DNA from: a virus
Virus record (IMG/VR): IMGVR_UViG_3300007516_000004
Coordinates: 1 to 32,685 of that record
Strand: one strand, 5' to 3'
Length of the DNA stretch: 32,685 nucleotides
Made by a program: the position numbers and the translations under genes
Notes under the pieces: generated by a model
What the model was told of the DNA's origin: nothing
Databases searched by the model: none
What the model saw: only the letters and a program-made list of their open reading frames with translations
In this document: piece after piece, positions 1-6,788 of the stretch
Numbering within the stretch: the first letter of the stretch is position 1
How the letters are laid out: each line of letters begins with the position of its first letter

Positions 1-123
1 GCTTTTTCCCAAAATTTTGTAACTCGTCCATCCCTTGTTTTTTGTACGCACTCTAAATATAAAGCCTCCCAAATAAAAGGATGTGAACGGTCTTTTCTAT
101 GTATGGTTACAATAGCTTTTAAA
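1..123. repeat. Terminal direct repeat, copy 1 (identical to 32563..32685)
   Basis: Read base by base: 1..123 (gctttttcccaaaattttgt...caatagcttttaaa) recurs exactly at 32563..32685. It lies inside the recT reading frame, so it is most simply the overlap of a circular or circularly permuted assembly. Confidence 0.95.
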
Positions 124-416
124 TCGTTTTTTTCAACGCTGCCAGTAGTTGTTGCGCTCCATCCATCAAGCTGGCCTGTGCGTTCTGCTCGCTTTATATA
201 AACTTCGTACCCTGTGATAATACTCATTGTTTCTCCGTACTTAGATACGTGTATTTCACGCTTAAAAGGGTTTAATCCGAAGGCTTTAGCAATACTTAAA
301 TAAGTGTTCTTTTCGCCTTCATTTAATTTTGATGTTAAACCTAAATTATCTAAGTAATTAATAAGTTCATCATTTGTTACTACATTTTGAGTTGTTAATC
401 CTGTTGATTTTTCCAT
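1..416 (-). CDS. recT: RecT-family single-strand annealing protein, N-terminal part (gene wraps; continues at 32562..32256; about 240 aa in total)
   Basis: Not in the ORF track because it runs off the window. ATG at 416..414; hand translation MEKSTGLTTQNVVTNDELINYLDNLGLTSKLNEGEKNTYLSIAKAFGLNPFKREIHVSKYGETMSIITGYEVYIKRAERTGQLDGWSATTTGSVEKNDLKAIVTIHRKDRSHPFIWEALYLECVQKTRDGRVTKFWEKA has no stop down to base 1. The frame joins 32562 and runs into the track ORF 32256..32555. NPFKREIH, GYEVYIKRAERTG and QGFRLCF...MPYT are RecT-like. Confidence 0.85.
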   Translation of the reverse strand, partial: MEKSTGLTTQNVVTNDELINYLDNLGLTSKLNEGEKNTYLSIAKAFGLNPFKREIHVSKYGETMSIITGYEVYIKRAERTGQLDGWSATTTGSVEKNDLKAIVTIHRKDRSHPFIWEALYLECVQKTRDGRVTKFWEK

Positions 417-429
417 TTTGTCTATAAAT

Positions 430-531
430 TTAAAGTGTAATAATTATTAAAATTAATATTTCAACGGCTATGCAAACTAGCATTATCATCATGTTGCAAT
501 CTTCTTTGTGTTCGTTTCTACCTTGTGTCAT
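430..531 (-). CDS. Small hydrophobic protein (33 aa), hypothetical
   Basis: Below the track cutoff. ATG 531..529, stop 432..430. MTQGRNEHKEDCNMMIMLVCIAVEILILIIITL has one hydrophobic helix. It overlaps the end of 518..751 and ends 13 nt before the recT ATG. Confidence 0.3.
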   Translation of the reverse strand: MTQGRNEHKEDCNMMIMLVCIAVEILILIIITL

Positions 532-751
532 TTGCTAAGGTCTTATTAAGTTCACGTTCTAAAATTTCTCCAAAAGCGCAAACCTCTAGCATTGCTGTAC
601 AATCTTTATTGTTGATGACTACTTTAACGATTTGTATTTCTTCATCATTACCAGGATTGTTTAATCCGCTTGACTTTTGTGAGTGTGTACCATCAAAAAT
701 AATTTCTATGTCTATTCCATCTATTACGATGTCTTGTTTGTGGATGCTCAT
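518..751 (-). CDS. Hypothetical early protein (77 aa)
   Basis: Track ORF. Its ATG overlaps the TGA of the upstream 748..903 ORF (ATGA). No recognisable motif. Confidence 0.5.
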   Translation of the reverse strand: MSIHKQDIVIDGIDIEIIFDGTHSQKSSGLNNPGNDEEIQIVKVVINNKDCTAMLEVCAFGEILERELNKTLANDTR

Positions 752-903
752 ATTCTTTTCAAGTTTTTAGTTTTAGCTAATTCCTCCCTTACTAATTTGT
801 TAATATATAAATAAAGAGGTTTCGGTTTTGGCATTCCAAACTTATAAACAGTTCGAGTGCCATTTGGATAAGCTGTTGATTTAATGTTTAGTAGGCTAGT
901 CAT
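748..903 (-). CDS. Hypothetical early protein (51 aa)
   Basis: Below the track cutoff. ATG 903..901 overlaps the end of 896..1144, and TGA 750..748 overlaps the next ATG. MTSLLNIKSTAYPNGTRTVYKFGMPKPKPLYLYINKLVREELAKTKNLKRI. Coupling at both ends supports coding. Confidence 0.4.
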   Translation of the reverse strand: MTSLLNIKSTAYPNGTRTVYKFGMPKPKPLYLYINKLVREELAKTKNLKRI

Positions 904-1144
904 TTCCCTCCTCACTTTCTTTCATTTCCGCTACCATTTCGGCTGCTAATTCTGTATAGCCTAATCTGTTTGCTAGGTCGATACATGACAAGGCTTTGGC
1001 ATCTAGGTTTGTGGTATCAAACATAAATCTGATTAACTTGCAATTGTTCTCTTTGATGTCGTCTAATAAATACGATTTGGTGTCTCTAACCATCTTATCA
1101 AAGTTTTCCTTTGATACTGATAAAAATTTTCTTACTTTTGTCAT
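896..1144 (-). CDS. Hypothetical early protein (82 aa, acidic C-terminus)
   Basis: Track ORF and first gene downstream of promoter P1. No recognisable motif. Confidence 0.55.
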   Translation of the reverse strand: MTKVRKFLSVSKENFDKMVRDTKSYLLDDIKENNCKLIRFMFDTTNLDAKALSCIDLANRLGYTELAAEMVAEMKESEEGND

Positions 1145-1175
1145 GTCTGTAAAATTTTAAGTGTTTTCAATAATT

Positions 1176-1198
1176 AGCGGAGTGATTTTCACTTCGCT
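1176..1198 (+). terminator. Hairpin plus T-run, best oriented as a plus-strand intrinsic terminator (lies in the P1 leader)
   Basis: agcggagtga (1176..1185) / tcacttcgct (1189..1198): 10 bp with one G.U on the plus-strand RNA (C.A mismatch on the minus RNA), 3-nt loop, followed on the plus strand by ttttttcttt. The minus-strand downstream sequence is not U-rich. Confidence 0.45.
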
Positions 1199-1210
1199 TT
1201 TTTTCTTTAA

Positions 1211-1242
1211 CAAATGTAGTGTTTTAGGTTTGAAACTGCAAA
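1211..1242 (-). promoter_or_regulatory. Promoter P1 (Bacteroidota -33/-7 type, with the AGTTTCAAA block)
   Basis: Minus strand: TTTG(1242..1239)-cagtttcaaacctaaaacac-TACATTTG(1218..1211), 20-nt spacer, 66 nt upstream of the ATG at 1144. Confidence 0.7.
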
Positions 1243-1253
1243 GTTTATTTTAA

Positions 1254-1400
1254 TTATTGTTTAATAAATTTAATTCCATCAATTAATACCATTTCAAGTT
1301 TACCAGCTTTAATCTGATTATAAACCCATGTAGTACTTTTGTTGTGTTGCGTTGCGTAGGTGCTTACCTTTATCAACTGTGTTTGTTTTTCTTTTGCCAT
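1254..1400 (-). CDS. Small helix-turn-helix DNA-binding protein (48 aa, excisionase/MerR-like HTH fold)
   Basis: Below the track cutoff. MAKEKQTQLIKVSTYATQHNKSTTWVYNQIKAGKLEMVLIDGIKFIKQ. The pattern (V..A......T.Y..IK.GKL......G...I) is typical of HTH_17/Xis-type domains. The stop is 12 nt upstream of the P1 -33 box. Confidence 0.55.
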   Translation of the reverse strand: MAKEKQTQLIKVSTYATQHNKSTTWVYNQIKAGKLEMVLIDGIKFIKQ

Positions 1401-1405
1401 TTTTT

Positions 1406-1576
1406 TTAGTTTGTTAAAATAATTATTTCTTCTACTCTTTCCTTTACTTTATAGTAATAGTTTTCGCTGTAACTTATGGTTGTGTGTATTTTATCAAAAC
1501 ATACCATATCTACAATATTTTCTGCATTAACAGTAACCTTGTCACCGTTTTCTAATGTTAGTTCTATAAATTTCAT
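1406..1576 (-). CDS. Hypothetical early protein (56 aa)
   Basis: Below the track cutoff. The ATG at 1576 is 22 nt downstream of the P2 -7 box. MKFIELTLENGDKVTVNAENIVDMVCFDKIHTTISYSENYYYKVKERVEEIIILTN. Confidence 0.45.
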   Translation of the reverse strand: MKFIELTLENGDKVTVNAENIVDMVCFDKIHTTISYSENYYYKVKERVEEIIILTN

Positions 1577-1598
1577 TGTCTTAATATTAAAGTGTTCC

Positions 1599-1629
1599 CA
1601 AAGATAACATTAATGTTTGAAACTACAAA
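1599..1629 (-). promoter_or_regulatory. Promoter P2 (Bacteroidota -33/-7 type, with the AGTTTCAAA block)
   Basis: Minus strand: TTTG(1629..1626)-tagtttcaaacattaatgt-TATCTTTG(1606..1599), 19-nt spacer. 42/46 identical to the P4 region. Confidence 0.75.
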
Positions 1630-1644
1630 CTTTATTTTAAAATA

Positions 1645-1670
1645 AATAAAAAAACCCCGAATTAACGAGG
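1645..1670 (-). terminator. Intrinsic terminator ending the late/lysis operon
   Basis: Minus RNA: CCUCG-UUAAUU-CGGGG (5 bp including one G.U) followed by UUUUUUUAUUUAUUUU, 29 nt after the stop of 1699..2259. Confidence 0.55.
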
Positions 1671-1698
1671 TTTAAAATTAAATAATGTTTTGTAATCC

Positions 1699-2259
1699 CT
1701 ACCTCCGCAACCTTTTATATCCCATAAATCCAGCAAAAAGGATCAAGATAAACACGCCAGCACCAACGCCAATTTTTAGCCAATCGGTTTTGCTTTCTAA
1801 TTTCCTTTGCCCGCCGGAAACTTTAAATTTGTTTTGCGTTTTGCCGGTGCTATCCAAATTTATTATTTCAGAATGGTTAAAATTAAAGTCTGTAATCGAA
1901 TTATCTGATTTATTCGTTTTGGACATTTTTTGTCCTTTTGACTTTTGATTAATAACGGCGTTTTTAATGCGTCCTAACGTATCGTAATTTATAACCGTGT
2001 TAGTTTCCGTGTCAAAAGTATTATTGCTTTCAGTCGATTCTTTTACGTCCGCTTTTACTTTTACCCCTTTGCTATCCTTGCGCTCCGTTGTTTTTTTAAT
2101 TTCACTTACTTGTTCGGATTTGTTAACCTGTTTATTGAAAGTCTTATCAACTTTCCGGCTTTTACAACTTGACAAAAAAGCGATTAATAAAAACGCCAAG
2201 TAAATACAAAAAATATATAAGTGATTCCGCCCTTTTGGGGTGTTAAACATTGCTACCAT
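1699..2259 (-). CDS. Unimolecular spanin candidate (N-terminal lipoprotein signal plus C-terminal transmembrane anchor)
   Basis: N-terminus: basic n-region, hydrophobic LYIFCIYLAFLLIAFL, lipobox L-S-S-C. C-terminus: IGVGAGVFILILFAGFMGY followed by KRLRR. It is the last gene of the lysis cassette and overlaps the endolysin stop. Confidence 0.55.
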   Translation of the reverse strand: MVAMFNTPKGRNHLYIFCIYLAFLLIAFLSSCKSRKVDKTFNKQVNKSEQVSEIKKTTERKDSKGVKVKADVKESTESNNTFDTETNTVINYDTLGRIKNAVINQKSKGQKMSKTNKSDNSITDFNFNHSEIINLDSTGKTQNKFKVSGGQRKLESKTDWLKIGVGAGVFILILFAGFMGYKRLRR

Positions 2260-2636
2260 CTTGCTTCCGTCCCCCGGATATCATAGTGAACGAAGGATTT
2301 ATAAACACCAACGCCGCCCTGCTTCATTTTACCGCTTGCAATCAACTTTATTATAATTGCACCTAATTGCTTTGGCGTGTGGTTTGCGCTTACCAAATCG
2401 CCGGCTTTTGCCTGTAAATGTTGGCTACGTGGTGAACCTCCTATTTTGGTATTATATGCCTTATGCCTGTATGCTGAATTTAGATTTAAACGGCATTTTA
2501 TATAATCCCGCAAAACCTGCAGATTTTCCGCCAATTCCTTAACGTTTGCAAATAAACTATCCGGTACTTTTGTACCATCGTTGCATTTAAACTCCCTTAT
2601 GTGAAAGTTTGCCGTTAGTTGTCCTTTATCGCTCAT
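2253..2636 (-). CDS. Endolysin, peptidase M15-family (zinc D-Ala-D-Ala / L-Ala-D-Glu peptidase fold)
   Basis: NSAYRHKAYNTKIGGSPRSQHLQAKAGDL ... VHYD gives the H-x(6)-D ... H zinc-ligand pattern of M15A/DUF882-type phage lysins. Located in the lysis cassette. Confidence 0.8.
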   Translation of the reverse strand: MSDKGQLTANFHIREFKCNDGTKVPDSLFANVKELAENLQVLRDYIKCRLNLNSAYRHKAYNTKIGGSPRSQHLQAKAGDLVSANHTPKQLGAIIIKLIASGKMKQGGVGVYKSFVHYDIRGTEARW

Positions 2637-2639
2637 AAC

Positions 2640-2891
2640 CTATTTATCCAAAACTGATTTAATTATTTCCTGTACAAAAGTAAGACCACCATACCCACCT
2701 AAACCTATAAAGCCAACGGCAATCCATTTCCATTTAGTTATTAATTCTTCAATTATGCTCATACGTGTTTCAAGGCTTTCTAATCGGGGTTTATAACCAC
2801 CCTTTTCGTGAAACTCTGAACCCATAATCGCAACGTAAATTTCATTTACCTTTTTACCTAAGTCGTCAACTTTTTTTTCCAAGTTATCCAT
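2640..2891 (-). CDS. Lysis-cassette membrane protein (coiled-coil N-terminus, single C-terminal TM)
   Basis: WKWIAVGFIGLGGYGGLTFV is a hydrophobic helix. Position is between the holin-like gene and the endolysin. Confidence 0.45.
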   Translation of the reverse strand: MDNLEKKVDDLGKKVNEIYVAIMGSEFHEKGGYKPRLESLETRMSIIEELITKWKWIAVGFIGLGGYGGLTFVQEIIKSVLDK

Positions 2892-2894
2892 TGT

Positions 2895-3086
2895 TTAATC
2901 CTCTTTTTTAAAAATTACGTCTGCAATAAAATCGATCGATGCTCCTGCTATCAGAAATACCGTTGCTAAATACGGGCATTCTGCAAACACGGCCGCTCCA
3001 GAAATAGTTCCTATAAACACCTTTAAAGCTAGCAAAGTATCTTTGACTTTCTTTGGGTTTTCCTTGTAATAATTTCCTAATTTCAT
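2895..3086 (-). CDS. Holin-like protein (63 aa, two TM helices, charged C-terminus)
   Basis: TLLALKVFIGTISGAAVFA and YLATVFLIAGASIDFIADVIF followed by KKED. Lies upstream of the endolysin. Confidence 0.5.
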   Translation of the reverse strand: MKLGNYYKENPKKVKDTLLALKVFIGTISGAAVFAECPYLATVFLIAGASIDFIADVIFKKED

Positions 3087-3346
3087 ATTTCTAAACTTTC
3101 TGGCGGTAAAATCACAAAACCAAACTCTACAACTATTGCTGTTGCTCTTTCTTCTTTGTTCGCTCCGTATGCCAAATATTCTGCATTTGTCATTTCTTTG
3201 GATAGCTTTTCTATCAAATTATTTCCCTCATCTAAAAGGTTGATTTGCAAATTTAAAACGTCCTCAAAAAAAGGTTTAACACCCCAAATTAAATCTAGTT
3301 TAATTGCGTTCCTGTTTAAGCCATAAGGCACTTTTTGTATGTTCAT
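3083..3346 (-). CDS. Hypothetical protein (87 aa)
   Basis: Track ORF, overlaps its neighbours by 4 nt. Confidence 0.5.
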   Translation of the reverse strand: MNIQKVPYGLNRNAIKLDLIWGVKPFFEDVLNLQINLLDEGNNLIEKLSKEMTNAEYLAYGANKEERATAIVVEFGFVILPPESLEI

Positions 3347-3350
3347 GATT

Positions 3351-4175
3351 TTAAAAATTAGCTCGCATTGCTTGTGCGAAATTTACTATTTGGCTCATTT
3401 GGATTGCTTCTGTGTCGGTTAATCCTGACCCTATTGATGCAAATCCGCAAAGATGTACGCTAGGAAAATTAACAGTTCCATCTGCATTCCTGCCTAATAA
3501 ATAAACCGAAAAAGCGCTAGGCAAAACAGTATCGCCATTAAATGTTGTAGTAGCTATTTTTACGCCTTTATAAAAAACGGATTGTAATGATGAGCTTGTT
3601 CTTGTGCCGATTGTAAGCCCATCGCTACTTAAAGGTGTATAAGCTAAAATAGAAGATACGTTACCACTTAAATAATTAGCACTTGTGATGTTAATTTGAA
3701 GAAAACACAAAGGGCTTGTTTGAATAACTCCTATAGCAATTTGAGAACCTGTTAAATTATTTGTTGGTGTAAAATAACTTAAATGAGTACTATTTTCGGA
3801 TAAATGAGTTGCAGGTATTAGTTTAGTATCTGCCAATCCTGTCGAGCCATTTCCTAACATACCAGAATTTGAATGTGTAATACCGCCCGTATATGTCAAC
3901 CTAAAAGCAGCATCCAAATTTCTAGGGTCTTTAGCATTTAAGGCGTGTGATGCTGCTGTACCCCCTACAAATAAGTAACAAGCTTTTTCTAAATCCCACA
4001 CACCAATAGCTTTTTTACTTTCAATATTATGAACTATATACATCCTTTGCGCCAAATTCAAAGTAGTTCCTGTGGCTGCAATTGCATCTATTAAATTAGA
4101 TACATCCCTATCCCTATAAAGAGGTATAACACCTGCTAATTTTATCGGCTTTCCTTGTATGTTAAATATTGGCAT
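3351..4175 (-). CDS. Tail-fiber-associated structural protein; possibly a beta-sandwich (LamG/ConA-like) domain
   Basis: 274-aa beta-rich, Gly/Ser/Thr/Asn-rich ORF directly after the fiber gene. The fold assignment is only an impression. Confidence 0.35.
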   Translation of the reverse strand: MPIFNIQGKPIKLAGVIPLYRDRDVSNLIDAIAATGTTLNLAQRMYIVHNIESKKAIGVWDLEKACYLFVGGTAASHALNAKDPRNLDAAFRLTYTGGITHSNSGMLGNGSTGLADTKLIPATHLSENSTHLSYFTPTNNLTGSQIAIGVIQTSPLCFLQINITSANYLSGNVSSILAYTPLSSDGLTIGTRTSSSLQSVFYKGVKIATTTFNGDTVLPSAFSVYLLGRNADGTVNFPSVHLCGFASIGSGLTDTEAIQMSQIVNFAQAMRANF

Positions 4176-4179
4176 AAGC

Positions 4180-6321
4180 TTAAATTAAAAACCATTTATC
4201 AACACCATCACTATATATATGCCTACCTCCGTAATTTGTACTTATTACGCTTGTAGTTGCTCCATCTATTACGTCTGAACCTACCCTTGTAATTGTTATG
4301 TTGTTAGTCCCTGCTGCTCCGCTTTCGTCTTTTACTCTTAATGGTACGCCTGCTGGATAAGTGCTTGCTAATGGTAGTGTAATCGTCCTTGCTGCTGCTG
4401 TGCTTGTAACTCCTATGAGTGCGCCAAACCCCACCGTTGCGAAAACCACTGTGTAATTTACTGCTGTAGCTATTCTTACAAAGGCATCTTTTGTTTCTAA
4501 ACTACTAATGTCGCCTGCTGCGTTTTTAGTAAGCGCACTTAAAGGAACTGCATCAACCAATGAAGCATTCGCATTTTTAAACAGAAAATCATCAGCCACA
4601 CCATTACGGTAAATTTTTATTCTTTTACCAATTGTTTCTCCCCAAATAGAACCCTCAACCGTACCCGTATAACTTGCGCCAAAGGTTACTATAAATGATG
4701 CTATTGCGCTTGTACTTGCTGCTAAAACTAACCATGCGTTAGCAACCCCTGCCGTTCCAATTCCAATTCCTAAAAACTGCCATCTTTCAGTTACATTAAC
4801 AACCTGAGTTTTTAACCAATTAAACCAGCTTATCAAACCCCTACGTCTTACAACCTTGTTATCCTCTGTTGGTGTTGTTTGGGTTTGTAATTCTGCATCT
4901 GTTGCGAATATATTGTCTCCTGTATTCGTTCCTGTTATTCCTGCTAACTTAGTTTCGTCTGCGCTTGGATAACTTCTTTTAGCTGTGTTTGCTACAACAT
5001 CACTTGTTAAATCTGTATTTTGTAAATTCCCTAAACCCACTTGCGCTTTAGTAACAGCATGTGGATTAGTTGTAACATCTTGTGAATGGTCATAAGCTAT
5101 CTTACCTCTATCGCCTCTATAAGCTGTTTGGGCTGTTTCGCCTAAAGCTAAAGAGCTACCAATAGTCACATAAGAACTACCGCCCCATCTATAAGTAATG
5201 TTTGTGTCTAAAGCAATATAAATCTTTGCGTTTTCTCCCGTAGCAGGGAACGAAGCTAAATCTGCAAATTCTAAAACATCATCTACAAATGATGGTAATT
5301 GATTTGCTGGTACTGTTCCATTTACTAAATCGGCTTTATTACCTAAAGCGGTTGTATTAGCATCAACCTCTAATTTTAAAGCAATATCAGAACCGTTAAC
5401 TTGGGGTCTAAGCCTAAAATTAAATACTCCATTTTCTCCCCATAATAAATCAACTAGGAAGCTAGGTATTCTAGTAAATGAAATATCTTTAGAACCTTGT
5501 GTTACAGAGCCTACCCTAGCAATTTGAGTATTTGGGTTTCCATTGTATAAATCAGTAAGTCTTAAAGCACCTACTAATGCTTGGTCTATTGATGTATCTG
5601 CTAAAAATCTTTTTTTAGATGTTATATCTTGTTCTGTGTTAGTCGTTACAAATCCACTTAAATCAACAACAGGTGCGTTAACAACTGCGTCTGTAATTAA
5701 AACGTAACTTAATAAAACACTATTTGCAGGTGCATTTGGTAAAACTGCTGCTGCGCTTTCTGTACCCTCTGCTTTAATTATGGTGTTTAAATTTGTTCCG
5801 TAAAAAGCGACAAACCTCTGATTACCTGGGCTACTTAAACCTATACCTGTAAAAGTTGTTATTGAAGATGTTAAATATTGTAAGGTCAAAAATTTCCATG
5901 ACGAAAAACCTACTTTTAAAACACCAGTCGCAAAATCGGTAACGTCAATTTCTCCGCCCGATGTTAAGCCATCGACAATAACTAGGTTTGCTAAATCTTG
6001 CGCTGTACCACTATATCCACCATTTAAAACAAAATTATCTACGTTTTGAATAACAGGCTTATTCTTAATAAAGTCGTCTTGCGTATCGTCCGCCTGGTTA
6101 AAGTCTGCTTGTACATTTACCTCTGCAAATGATGCAATATTATCAAGCTTATTTTTTAAAACCGAGGTAAAATCATTTGCGCTTAAATCTTTGCCTAATT
6201 GCTTATCAACCTTATTAGTGTAAAGGTCGGTAAACATGTTCTGAACCTTGATAAATGCAGCTCTTAAAGCATCGCCAAAACCATCATTTGGACTCGAAGT
6301 GTTTAGATTTTCTTGTGCCAT
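4180..6321 (-). CDS. Tail fiber / receptor-binding protein
   Basis: 713 aa. Contains TNPHAVTKAQVGLGNLQNT, a motif common in phage tail fibers, plus long Gly/Thr/Ala/Val-rich beta regions. Confidence 0.7.
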   Translation of the reverse strand: MAQENLNTSSPNDGFGDALRAAFIKVQNMFTDLYTNKVDKQLGKDLSANDFTSVLKNKLDNIASFAEVNVQADFNQADDTQDDFIKNKPVIQNVDNFVLNGGYSGTAQDLANLVIVDGLTSGGEIDVTDFATGVLKVGFSSWKFLTLQYLTSSITTFTGIGLSSPGNQRFVAFYGTNLNTIIKAEGTESAAAVLPNAPANSVLLSYVLITDAVVNAPVVDLSGFVTTNTEQDITSKKRFLADTSIDQALVGALRLTDLYNGNPNTQIARVGSVTQGSKDISFTRIPSFLVDLLWGENGVFNFRLRPQVNGSDIALKLEVDANTTALGNKADLVNGTVPANQLPSFVDDVLEFADLASFPATGENAKIYIALDTNITYRWGGSSYVTIGSSLALGETAQTAYRGDRGKIAYDHSQDVTTNPHAVTKAQVGLGNLQNTDLTSDVVANTAKRSYPSADETKLAGITGTNTGDNIFATDAELQTQTTPTEDNKVVRRRGLISWFNWLKTQVVNVTERWQFLGIGIGTAGVANAWLVLAASTSAIASFIVTFGASYTGTVEGSIWGETIGKRIKIYRNGVADDFLFKNANASLVDAVPLSALTKNAAGDISSLETKDAFVRIATAVNYTVVFATVGFGALIGVTSTAAARTITLPLASTYPAGVPLRVKDESGAAGTNNITITRVGSDVIDGATTSVISTNYGGRHIYSDGVDKWFLI

Positions 6322-6323
6322 AA

Positions 6324-6788
6324 TTAATACCAGCCTATAATATTAGTTTTTACTTTGTCTTCGCATTGCTTGCCATATTCTGGAATGTCAATATCAGCCA
6401 TATATTCCTGAAAACTTACCATTACGCTGTTTGCCAATTGATTATATCTTGCCGAAAGTCTATCAATCTCTTTTAAATCGGTGCTTTGTTCGGGCTTTAT
6501 TATACCGTTATTCGATACCTTACTGCTATTCATTGCAATATAGTGTGAACAACTAAAATAAACAAGCATATCAATAACGTAATTGTTAAAGATTGTCGCA
6601 TAAATCCCATCGAGTGCGTTCGCTTCGTAATCAGTAGTTATTTTATCAAACAAAAGTAAACCTAAAACACGTTTTAAATCTGTGGTTTGTGCAATAAATA
6701 TAAACGGCTTTAAACTGTCGCTATCAATATTACCTGCAAAGCTAGTTAATGCCGGTATGTCGTTTTCATTTAGCCAAAGTTTAATCAT
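6324..6788 (-). CDS. Hypothetical virion protein, possibly a head-tail adaptor
   Basis: 154 aa immediately after the portal gene. Assigned by position only. Confidence 0.3.
   Translation of the reverse strand: MIKLWLNENDIPALTSFAGNIDSDSLKPFIFIAQTTDLKRVLGLLLFDKITTDYEANALDGIYATIFNNYVIDMLVYFSCSHYIAMNSSKVSNNGIIKPEQSTDLKEIDRLSARYNQLANSVMVSFQEYMADIDIPEYGKQCEDKVKTNIIGWY

Noticed and set aside
1-123. The 123-bp repeat as a genuine physical direct terminal repeat (T7-like)
   Set aside because: The repeat falls in the middle of the recT coding sequence, which reads in frame across the junction. A packaging end inside an essential-looking ORF is less likely than an assembly overlap. It cannot be excluded without reads.
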